NCBI RefSeq assembly: GCF_018139695.1
Contig: NZ_JAGSOG010000033.1
Span: 1-32,000, forward strand
Direction of reading: 5' to 3'
Origin: Actinospica durhamensis
GTDB taxonomy: Bacteria > Actinomycetota > Actinomycetes > Streptomycetales > Catenulisporaceae
DNA length: 32,000 nt
Shown piece after piece: positions 17,039 through 24,121 of this stretch. Position 1 is the first letter of the stretch. Each line of letters opens with the position of its first letter. The notes under the pieces were generated by a model. The model ran no database searches. It had not been told where the DNA came from and was given only the letters and a program-made list of their open reading frames with translations. The position numbers and the translations under genes are program-made.

Positions 17039-18460
17039 ATGACCGAGATCACCGCCACGTCCACCGACGCCCCCACCGAGGCGTCCGCCCGAGGACTGCT
17101 GGCCATCGTGCTCACCGGGGTGTTCATCGCCACCCTGGATGTGGCCATCGCCAACGTCGCCGCGCCGCGCATCGGCACCGACCTGCACGCCACCGGCGCC
17201 GACCTGCAACTCGTGGTCGCCGGCTACATGATCACCTACGCCGTCCTGATCGTCACCTGTGCGCGCCTGGGCGACCTGGCCGGCCGCAGGAACATGTTCC
17301 TCGCCGGCGTCGCGCTCTTCACGCTGGCGTCCTTGGCCTGCGGCGTGGCCTGGGCGGCCGTGCCGCTGATCGTCTTCCGGTTCGTGCAGGGCGCCGGCGC
17401 CGCGCTGATGGTGCCTCAGGTGCTCAGCCTCATCCAGCTGCATTTCAAGGACGGCGCCCGGGCCAAGGCCCTGAGTACCTACGCCGCGGTGATCGCCTGC
17501 GGCGCGATCGCCGGCCAGATCGTCGGCGGCGTCCTGGTCAACGCCGACCTCTGGGGCAGCCAGTGGCGGCCGGTGTTCCTGGTCAACGTGCCGATCGGCC
17601 TGGTACTGCTGGTCGCCGGCGCGCGGGCGCTGCCCAAGGACAACGGCCATCCGGGCCGCAGACTCGATCTGCCCGGCCTCGCCACCTTGTCCCTGGCCGT
17701 GTTCGCCCTGGTGCTGCCGTTGGTCCTCGGCCACCAGCTGGGTTGGCCGACGTGGACCTGGGTGAGCCTGGCGCTGTGCGCGGTGTTCGTGGCGCTCTTC
17801 GTCCTGGTCGAGCGTCGAGCGTCGCGCACCGGCGGCTCGCCGCTGATCCGCGGCGACCTGCTGCGCGCGCCCGGCATGCTCGTCGGCGCGTCGGGCCTGC
17901 TCGCCGCCACGGCCAACTACGCCGGGATCCTGTTCCTGATCACGCTCTACGTCCAGGAGGGCCTGGGCCACGGCGCGCTGGTCGCCGCCATGGTGTTCCT
18001 GCCCAGCGCGGTCGCGTTCGGCTTCGCCAGTCTGAGCTGGCGAAAGCTACCCGCGGCGTGGCACCGCTCGCTGGCTCCGGCAGGCCTCGGTCTCACGACC
18101 CTGGCGTTCCTCGGGCTCGCCCTCACCATGCGCGGCGGCCATATCAGCGTATGGATGGAACTGTGCATCCTGTGCTTCGGACTCGGCATGGGAACGGCGT
18201 TCAGCCCCATGTTCACGATCGCGTTCTCGAAGGTGCCCCCGATCTACGCCGCGGACGCCAGCGGCGTGCTCACCACGGTGAACCAGCTCGGCCAGGTCAT
18301 CGGCGTCGCGGTCTACGGCTCGGTGTTCCTGAGCCTGTTCCACACCCCGTCCGACGCGCCGCACGCGGCCCTGGTCACCACGCTGGTGATGGCCTGCGGA
18401 AGCGTGTTCGGCTCGCTGATCTCGCTCGGCCTGCCCCGCAACACCCCGAAGGGAGCCTGA
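17039..18460 (+). CDS. MFS transporter, DHA2 (EmrB/QacA-like, 14-TMS size class) probable exporter
   Basis: 473 aa and hydrophobic throughout. The N-terminal FIATLDVAIANVAAPRI and LGDLAGRRNMFLAGVALFTLASLACG are typical DHA2 motifs. Confidence 0.88.
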   Translation: MTEITATSTDAPTEASARGLLAIVLTGVFIATLDVAIANVAAPRIGTDLHATGADLQLVVAGYMITYAVLIVTCARLGDLAGRRNMFLAGVALFTLASLACGVAWAAVPLIVFRFVQGAGAALMVPQVLSLIQLHFKDGARAKALSTYAAVIACGAIAGQIVGGVLVNADLWGSQWRPVFLVNVPIGLVLLVAGARALPKDNGHPGRRLDLPGLATLSLAVFALVLPLVLGHQLGWPTWTWVSLALCAVFVALFVLVERRASRTGGSPLIRGDLLRAPGMLVGASGLLAATANYAGILFLITLYVQEGLGHGALVAAMVFLPSAVAFGFASLSWRKLPAAWHRSLAPAGLGLTTLAFLGLALTMRGGHISVWMELCILCFGLGMGTAFSPMFTIAFSKVPPIYAADASGVLTTVNQLGQVIGVAVYGSVFLSLFHTPSDAPHAALVTTLVMACGSVFGSLISLGLPRNTPKGA

Positions 18461-18532
18461 CCGCGTGCGCCGGCCCGGTCGCCGGGGACGTGACCTCGCT
18501 CACATCCCGCCTGCCGGCGACCGGATCGGTGC

Positions 18533-19405
18533 ATGCTGATTCCCATGAGCACTCACCCCGCACGGCGGCTCTGGCACAGCCTGGAGGCGCTTTACCAGCC
18601 GGCCCTGTTGGTGGACGACACCCGCGACGCCGGAGCGGCTCTCGGTCTGCGCGGATTCTGGATGGCCTTCCTCGCCTTCCGGGCGGCTCCGCTCGGCGCG
18701 GTGAGCGCCGCGACCGCGACCGCGGCGTTCGGCGGATTCGCGCCGGGCAAGGTGGCCAAGGCCATCCCGGGGGCCTGGGCGACGGCGTCCCCGGCGGACT
18801 GCGTCGCCAGCCGCAACGCGCTGGCCGGCAAGCTGCTGCGCAGCGCGGGCGTCACCGAGGAGGCCGCCGCACCCCTGGTCGAGCGGCTGGCGGCGTTGCC
18901 CGCGGCCCTCGAACCGACGGGCCGTCCGCTCGGCGCCGCCAACGCCGCCCTCCCGCTCCCGGAAGATCCGATCGCGGCGCTGTGGCAGCTCGCCGGCACG
19001 GTCCGCGAGTACCGCGGCGACGGCCATGTGGCCTCCTGGGTCGCCGCGGGCGTGAGCGGCCTGGAGTCCCACCACCTGCTCACCGCCGGCCGCGCGGCCG
19101 ACGTGGCGATGATGCGCGAGATACGCGGCTGGACCGCCGAGGAGTGGTCCGCGGCGGCCGAGGCGCTGACCGCCCGCGGCCTGCTCGACGCCACCGCGGG
19201 CACCCTCACCGACACCGGCCTGCGCCTGCGCGCCCAGGTCGAGCGGCAGACCGACGAGCTCTCCTGGTCCGGCGGCATGTCCGTGCTGGGTGAAGACGGC
19301 GTCGCAGAGATCTGCGCGGCTCTCGCTCCGGTGGTGAGATCCGTCCGCGACTGCGACATGGCGCCCCTGCTCACCCTGCTCGCCCCCGACGTCGACGAGG
19401 CCTGA
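18533..19405 (+). CDS. conserved actinobacterial protein, SCO6745-like (possible C-terminal winged-helix)
   Basis: The layout PARRLWHSLEALY...GLRGFWMAFLAFRAAPLG...REYRGDGHVASW...GLESHHL matches what I recall of the SCO6745 family. The start could be ATG 18533 or 18545. Assignment is from memory only. Confidence 0.55.
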   Translation: MLIPMSTHPARRLWHSLEALYQPALLVDDTRDAGAALGLRGFWMAFLAFRAAPLGAVSAATATAAFGGFAPGKVAKAIPGAWATASPADCVASRNALAGKLLRSAGVTEEAAAPLVERLAALPAALEPTGRPLGAANAALPLPEDPIAALWQLAGTVREYRGDGHVASWVAAGVSGLESHHLLTAGRAADVAMMREIRGWTAEEWSAAAEALTARGLLDATAGTLTDTGLRLRAQVERQTDELSWSGGMSVLGEDGVAEICAALAPVVRSVRDCDMAPLLTLLAPDVDEA

Positions 19406-19435
19406 GCCGCCACGCCGACCTCGGTGTTCTTGGTC

Positions 19436-19483
19436 GGGTTCTCTGTCGGGTTCGGGTTCGGGTTCGTATTCGGGTTCGGGGTC
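19436..19483. repeat. hexanucleotide microsatellite (GGGTTC)n, 5 perfect and 3 degenerate units
   Basis: The tract reads GGGTTC TCTGTC GGGTTC GGGTTC GGGTTC GTATTC GGGTTC GGGGTC. It fills the convergent intergenic gap and runs into the MerR stop codon (19482-19484). Confidence 0.85.
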
Positions 19484-20312
19484 AGCGCAGCGCCACGGCG
19501 AATTCGCCGGCCGGGGTGGTGCGCTCCCCGGCGGGGCTGAAGATCAGCAGGCTGCGCACTCCGCCGGCCGTGGGGCGCTCGTTCTCGGAGGCCCAGGCGA
19601 ACAGGGCCTGGATGGCGAGTTCGGCCTCGCTCGCCCTGCCCCAGGTCCCGGGGCTGGCCTGGGCGATGAAGACCTCCTGGTGCGCGGGCTCGGTGCGCAG
19701 GGCGAGGTCGGGGAAGTCGGCGGCGAGGGCGGCGGCCTGGTCGTCGGGGACGGGCCAGCAGAACTCCACCGGCCCGTCGCTGTCCGCGCTGACCTCGCCG
19801 TGGAAGATGGTGAAAGGGGCTCCGGCGACGCCCTCGACGCGGGCGACGCCGCCTCGGGCCATGCGCGTGATGAAGAACTCCCGGCTCACCTGTATCACTT
19901 CGTCCTCGTGCACCCGGCGCACGACGCTGAGCAGGCTGCGGGCGGGAACGTCGCGGACGGCGACTTCGTACATGGCGGGCTTCTTTCCGTGAAGACGGGC
20001 AACGAGGTGGCCGACCAGTTCTCGCCGAGTGGCGTGTTCCGCCTCGGTCTCGGCCCAGTAGCCCCGGATCCGCTCGGCGGCCGACGCGGCGTCCAGCGTC
20101 AGCACGTCCCTGATCCGGGCCAGCGGCAGGTCGATCCGGCGCAGCAGGGCGACGAGGCGGGCCCGCTCGAGCTGCGCGTCCGCGTACCAGCGGTACCCGG
20201 TCGCCGGGTCGACGTGCTCGGGCACCAACAGGCCGAGTTCGTCGTAGAGGCGCAGGGCCTTGGGTGAGAGCCGGGAGAGTCGCGAGAACTCACCGATGCT
20301 GACCAGGCCCAT
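19482..20312 (-). CDS. MerR-family regulator with C-terminal GyrI-like effector-binding domain (TipA/BmrR-type architecture)
   Basis: MGLVSIGEFSRLSRLSPKALRLYDELGLLVPEHVDPATGYRWY is a MerR HTH. The C-terminal ~150 aa has a GyrI-like layout. The start at 20312 is preceded by GAAGGAG. The 602-aa track ORF is an over-extension. Confidence 0.88.
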   Translation of the reverse strand: MGLVSIGEFSRLSRLSPKALRLYDELGLLVPEHVDPATGYRWYADAQLERARLVALLRRIDLPLARIRDVLTLDAASAAERIRGYWAETEAEHATRRELVGHLVARLHGKKPAMYEVAVRDVPARSLLSVVRRVHEDEVIQVSREFFITRMARGGVARVEGVAGAPFTIFHGEVSADSDGPVEFCWPVPDDQAAALAADFPDLALRTEPAHQEVFIAQASPGTWGRASEAELAIQALFAWASENERPTAGGVRSLLIFSPAGERTTPAGEFAVALR

Positions 20313-20352
20313 GGACGGCTCCTTCGTTCCGGGCGGGTGCCCGGTCGGCTTC

Positions 20353-20383
20353 AGTCTGCGGCTTGCCCAAGGGTGAAGGTCAA
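20353..20383 (-). promoter_or_regulatory. candidate MerR-type promoter with 19-nt spacer (TTGACC-N19-CAGACT, minus strand)
   Basis: The reverse complement of 20378-20383 is TTGACC and that of 20353-20358 is CAGACT, with exactly 19 nt between them. This is the over-long spacer characteristic of MerR-controlled promoters. The dyad inside the spacer is weak (CCCTTGGG). Confidence 0.3.
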
Positions 20384-20452
20384 CAGCGCGCCGGACGGGG
20401 AAACGGGAGCGGAAACGGGAGCGGGGAGCGGGCCGGGCCGGAGTCCGGCCGC

Positions 20453-21574
20453 TCAGGCCGCGGGGCGATCCCCGCCGCGGCGCACGTCGCGCACCTCGGC
20501 CAACGGCCCGCCGGCCCCGCGGTCCCTGCGCTGCTGCGCGCGCCGTGCCCACAGCGAGTTCGCGACCGCGGCGATGATCACCCCGGCCCCGACGGCGGCC
20601 GTCAGCACGTCCGGCACGTCGTGCCAGACCTGGACCATCAGCAGCACCGCGAGCATCCCGATCGCGTAGTACGCGCCGTGCTCGAGATACCGGTACTCCT
20701 CCAGCGTCCCGCGCCGCACCACGAACACCGTCAAAGCCCTGATGTACGCGGCGCCGATCGCGAGCCCGATCGTGATCAGCGCGATGTCCAGGGTCACCGA
20801 GAACGCGCCCATCACCGAGTCGAACGAGAACGTCGCGTCCAGCAGCTCCAGGTACGCGAACAGGAACAGCCCGGCCCGCCCGGACACGGTGGAGCGCGGG
20901 CGCGAGGCGCCGTCCGCGTCCGCCCGCCGCGCGATGACCTGTCCGGCCCCGTCGACCAGCAGATACACCATCAGGCCGGCGACCGCGCCGGAGACCACCT
21001 TCAGCGCGTGCCCGCTCGCCACCGTGCCGGCCGCGGACAGCGCGAACCCGAGCACCACCACCTGCGCGATGCCGGGGATCCGGCCCAGGCGCCGCAGCGG
21101 GCGCTCGACCCAGCCGATCCACACCTGCTCGTGTTCCTCGAACACGAACCCCAGGAAGATCATCATCAGGAACGCGCCGCCGAACGCCGAGATCCCCGGC
21201 TGCGCCGCGAGCAGCAGATCCCGGTACCGCGCCGGATCGCGATACGCCAGATCCAGCGCGGATCCGGGCCCGAGCCGGGCACCGGCGCACACGATCGCGA
21301 GCGGCACCAGCAGCCGCATCCCGATGGCCGCCACCACGATCCCCACCGTCAGGAACATCCGCTGCCAGAACCGGTTCAACCGGGCCAGCACCGTCGCGTT
21401 CACGATCGCGTTGTCGAAGGAGACCGCGACCTCAAGCACCCCCAGCAGCGCCACGATCGCCAACCCGTGCGTTCCGCGGATCAGGAACCCCGCCACCAGG
21501 CAGCCGGCCGCCACCACGTGCGCCACCCCGAAGACCCGCAGGCCGTCACCCCGACGCACCCCGATCACCGCCAT
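20453..21574 (-). CDS. DUF475 (TerC-related) integral membrane protein
   Basis: Paired motifs EVAVSFDNAIVNATVL and LDATFSFDSVMGAF sit in a polytopic membrane protein. The start at ATG 21574 (MAVIGV...) has AGGAGG 6 nt upstream, whereas the track start at 21661 has no RBS. Confidence 0.75.
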   Translation of the reverse strand: MAVIGVRRGDGLRVFGVAHVVAAGCLVAGFLIRGTHGLAIVALLGVLEVAVSFDNAIVNATVLARLNRFWQRMFLTVGIVVAAIGMRLLVPLAIVCAGARLGPGSALDLAYRDPARYRDLLLAAQPGISAFGGAFLMMIFLGFVFEEHEQVWIGWVERPLRRLGRIPGIAQVVVLGFALSAAGTVASGHALKVVSGAVAGLMVYLLVDGAGQVIARRADADGASRPRSTVSGRAGLFLFAYLELLDATFSFDSVMGAFSVTLDIALITIGLAIGAAYIRALTVFVVRRGTLEEYRYLEHGAYYAIGMLAVLLMVQVWHDVPDVLTAAVGAGVIIAAVANSLWARRAQQRRDRGAGGPLAEVRDVRRGGDRPAA

Positions 21575-21692
21575 CGCAGCCTCCTGTCGTTCCGGCCCTC
21601 GTGCCGTCCGCCGCGGCCCGGGGTCGAGCCGTAGCCCGCTGCCCACGCTAGCGAATCCCATCCGATCAACGCACTATCCGAGAGCGGGGCAT

Positions 21693-21734
21693 TGTGAGCC
21701 GGGCATCGTGAAACGGGCTTCGTGGAACGGAAGG
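21693..21734. repeat. three degenerate 14-bp direct repeats (cGTGaAaCGGgc..)
   Basis: The units are tgtgagccgggcat / cgtgaaacgggctt / cgtggaacggaagg (10/14 and 9/14 identities between neighbours). They lie 120-160 nt upstream of the DUF475 start in a 360-bp non-coding gap. Confidence 0.5.
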
Positions 21735-21934
21735 AGCGGGCCTTGACCTTCGAGCCGGGTCGAAGCTCTACCGTCGGTGCATGGATCAGATGCGGATCTC
21801 GAGGCCGGCCGAGACGCGGAGGCGGACGGCGCCGCGATCCAGGGCGGTGTCCGCTTAACCCGGCCGGTCGAACGCGCCGGCGAACTGACGATCGGCCTGA
21901 CCGAGAACGACGCGTCGAAGGAAACGGATCCCAC

Positions 21935-22046
21935 GTGCTCATCACCCGCTCCATCGCCCTGTTCCTGCTGGCCGCCGTGTCCGAGATCGGCGGGTGCCGG
22001 CTGGTGTGGCTAGGCGTGCGCGAGCACCGCGGATGGTGGCCGGCGG
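21935..22046 (+). pseudogene. ynfA: 5' fragment of a ynfA/UPF0060-family membrane protein gene, truncated after about 35 codons
   Basis: The GTG-initiated [34 protein letters not shown] matches the conserved N-terminus of the ~110-aa YnfA family. Similarity stops abruptly at about 22040, where the convergent ABM-globin gene ends (stop at 22047). No continuation is seen in any frame. Confidence 0.6.
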
Positions 22047-22823
22047 TCAGGCGGCGGGCTTCGCGGCGGGCTTGTACGGCAGGGCCACGCCCCAGCCCCA
22101 GTGCGGGATCGGCGCGTCGTAGGCTTCGCGGCCGGGCTGGGAGTTGATCTCGGCGAGCCGGGTGCCCCACTCGATGTAGGACGCGAACGCGGCGCGGAAG
22201 GAGGGGTCCGCGGGCAGTCCGACCCGGTCCGCGGCGTCCATCAGGAGGTTGACCCAGCGTCGGCGTTGCGGCTCGGTGATGTGCTTGCCGAGGTGGCGGC
22301 TGACCATGTGCCGGTAGTCGCCGCGTTCGGTGCTGTAGGCGTCGGGGCCGCCGAAGACCTCGCCGAGCCAGAGGGCGACGAAGTGCGGGTGGTGCTCGTC
22401 CATGCCCTTGAACAGCGGGTAGAGCAGGTCGTCCTTGAGTACCTCGCCGTAGAAGGACTCGGTGAGTCGCTCGAGCGCTTCGGCGCCGCCGAGCCAGTCG
22501 TAGAGGCTCGGGACCGATCCGCCCTGGCCCGACACGGTGGTCGGGGTGTAGTGGCGCATCTCTTCGATGTTCGGGAGGTACGGCTTGATCGCGTCGAGGA
22601 ACGGCGGGAAGTGCGCGCCGGTGCGGAAGCCCTCGAGGTGCTCGGCCGTGGAGGTCCAGGTGATGCGCAGGATGTAGGAGTCGGAGTCCTCCTCGCAGCG
22701 GGAGAGTTCGTAGTCCACACACTCCGGCGCCATGGCCAGCTGTACGGCGGCGCGCGCGTAGTCGAGTTCGAACTTCTCGGCGGTATCGGCGGGGATGCGG
22801 TAGCGGATGTATTCGACGGTCAT
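22047..22823 (-). CDS. fusion protein: N-terminal ABM (antibiotic biosynthesis monooxygenase-like) domain plus C-terminal group II truncated haemoglobin
   Basis: The N-terminal ~100 aa ([11 protein letters not shown]...[18 protein letters not shown]) have a ferredoxin-like ABM pattern. The C-terminal part ([33 protein letters not shown]...[17 protein letters not shown]...[22 protein letters not shown]) is a trHbO-type globin. Confidence 0.8.
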   Translation of the reverse strand: MTVEYIRYRIPADTAEKFELDYARAAVQLAMAPECVDYELSRCEEDSDSYILRITWTSTAEHLEGFRTGAHFPPFLDAIKPYLPNIEEMRHYTPTTVSGQGGSVPSLYDWLGGAEALERLTESFYGEVLKDDLLYPLFKGMDEHHPHFVALWLGEVFGGPDAYSTERGDYRHMVSRHLGKHITEPQRRRWVNLLMDAADRVGLPADPSFRAAFASYIEWGTRLAEINSQPGREAYDAPIPHWGWGVALPYKPAAKPAA

Positions 22824-22880
22824 GAGATGCCCTTCGCGTGCACATCAGCGTGCGGGTCCCGGAAGCCCGGCGGCCAATTC

Positions 22881-22898
22881 CAATACACTACAGTATTG
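22881..22898. promoter_or_regulatory. AT-rich palindrome CAATAC-N6-GTATTG, candidate TetR operator
   Basis: Perfect 6-bp inverted arms lie in the 99-bp divergent gap between the ABM-globin and TetR genes, and this is the most AT-rich spot in the gap. TATGAT (22911-22916) lies 6 nt before the TetR ATG, suggesting a leaderless tetR transcript. Confidence 0.45.
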
Positions 22899-22922
22899 CA
22901 TTGTTCCGCGTATGATGGCGGG

Positions 22923-23588
22923 ATGCCCCGACCTGGACCCCGAACCGGACCCGGACCTGGATCCGGACCCCGATCTGAACCTCGGCTCCCCGAGACCGGG
23001 CCGGCCGCGGGCCGCCCGGGCCGGAGCCGCGACGCCGCGATCGACGAGCGGATCCTGGCCGCCGCGCGGCGTCAGCTGTCGGTGCTCGGCTACGAGGGGA
23101 TGTCGATCGCGGCCGTGGCCCAGGAGGCCGGGACCACGCGGCAGGCGCTCTACCGGCGGTGGGCGGACAAGGCGGAACTGGCCTGCGACGCGGTGGCGGC
23201 GATCGGCGAGGAGCCCGGCGCGTCGGCGGCGGCGCAGGACCCGTTCGCCGCGCTGGTCGCGGAACTGGCCGACTTCCAGCGCGGCGTCTCCGGGCCCGGG
23301 CGACTGTCCCTCGTCGGCACGATGCTGCAGGAGACCACTGATCCCGTGGTCCTCGAGCGCTACCGCGCCAGGGTGATCCGCCCGCGCCGCCAGCGGCTCG
23401 CCGCCGTCCTCAAAGCCGCGCAGCAGCTCGGCATGATCGACCCGGACGCGGATCTGACCGTCGCCGTGACCATGTGCACCGGCAACTGGTACGGCCGGGC
23501 CCTCGCCGGCGACCCGGTACCCGCGGACTGGCCGCGGCGCACGGCCGCGCTGGTATGGCGTGCCCTGGGCGGACAAGCGCGGCCGTGA
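22923..23588 (+). CDS. TetR-family transcriptional regulator with Gly/Pro-repeat N-terminal tail
   Basis: HTH: GYEGMSIAAVAQEAGTTRQALYRRWADKAEL. ATG 22923 is the only canonical in-frame start before the HTH. The 495-aa track ORF runs antisense through the globin gene and is rejected. Confidence 0.85.
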   Translation: MPRPGPRTGPGPGSGPRSEPRLPETGPAAGRPGRSRDAAIDERILAAARRQLSVLGYEGMSIAAVAQEAGTTRQALYRRWADKAELACDAVAAIGEEPGASAAAQDPFAALVAELADFQRGVSGPGRLSLVGTMLQETTDPVVLERYRARVIRPRRQRLAAVLKAAQQLGMIDPDADLTVAVTMCTGNWYGRALAGDPVPADWPRRTAALVWRALGGQARP

Positions 23589-23607
23589 CGACGGGTCGCC
23601 GCCGTCG

Positions 23608-24006
23608 TCACGCGGCGGCGAGAGGCTGCACGGTCAGGTGGTAGTCCTCGCGGATCAGACCGTGCTCGTCCAGGACGAGGAACACGCGTGCGGCCCAGGC
23701 GACCTGCCCGGTCTCAGCACCCTGCCGGTGGATCAGCTGGATGGTGAACATGGTGACGTCGTCGTGCTCGGCCACGTCGTCCGCGGCCGTCACATGGAAG
23801 GTGCCGCTCGCCACGAACGCGTCGTGGGCCTCGGTGATCCTGGCGTCGAGCGCGGCGTGTCCGGTGAAGCGCGTACCCTCGACGAACTCGACACCGTCGC
23901 TCGCCCAGAGCTCTGCGATGGCGGCCCGACGCGCCCGGGGCTCCGGCTCGCTCCACACGGCCAGGTAGCGGGAGACGATCTCGTGGGTCTTCGGCTGGAT
24001 GTTCAT
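23608..24006 (-). CDS. SnoaL-like / NTF2-fold protein (132 aa)
   Basis: MNIQPKTHEIVSRYLAVWSEPEPRARRAAIAELWASDGVEFVE... is the typical SnoaL-like opening, and the size fits the fold. The start is set at ATG 24006 rather than 24138. Confidence 0.65.
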   Translation of the reverse strand: MNIQPKTHEIVSRYLAVWSEPEPRARRAAIAELWASDGVEFVEGTRFTGHAALDARITEAHDAFVASGTFHVTAADDVAEHDDVTMFTIQLIHRQGAETGQVAWAARVFLVLDEHGLIREDYHLTVQPLAAA

Positions 24007-24121
24007 GGTTTCGCATCCCTTCGCCGGCCGGGGTGGCCGTCGCGAGAACACTCGCCGCTGCCACGGGGGGAGGGTCAAGCCGGAATCGACGCAGGACTCT
24101 CCCACGGGGGGAGGGCGCACA

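Noticed and set aside
14627-19293. The 1114-aa minus-strand ORF (14627-17971) and the 1528-aa plus-strand ORF (14707-19293)
   Set aside because: They overlap four well supported genes (R domain, orphan enzyme, MFS, SCO6745-like) in other frames. Their composition is Arg/Gly/Pro-dominated and no domains are recognisable.
20313-21290. N-terminal 325-aa extension of the MerR ORF (602-aa track ORF at 19482-21290)
   Set aside because: The extension is Arg/Gly-rich and overlaps the DUF475 gene on the same strand in another frame. The MerR HTH begins right at the internal ATG 20312, which has a GAAGGAG RBS.
21575-21760. yybP-ykoY manganese riboswitch upstream of the TerC-related DUF475 gene
   Set aside because: Reading the minus-strand leader, I could not find the conserved GGGGAGUAG / GAGACC cores or the four-helix layout. 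An Infernal scan is needed for certainty.
21777-22013. Small plus-strand ORFs in the DUF475-ynfA gap (21777-22013, and a 25-codon ATG ORF at 21780)
   Set aside because: They have no RBS and no compositional coding signal. The only conserved peptide in this area starts at GTG 21935 (the ynfA remnant).
22101-22922. N-terminal extension of the TetR ORF (495-aa track ORF)
   Set aside because: It runs antisense through the ABM-globin gene with no motifs. ATG 22923 precedes the HTH at a normal distance.
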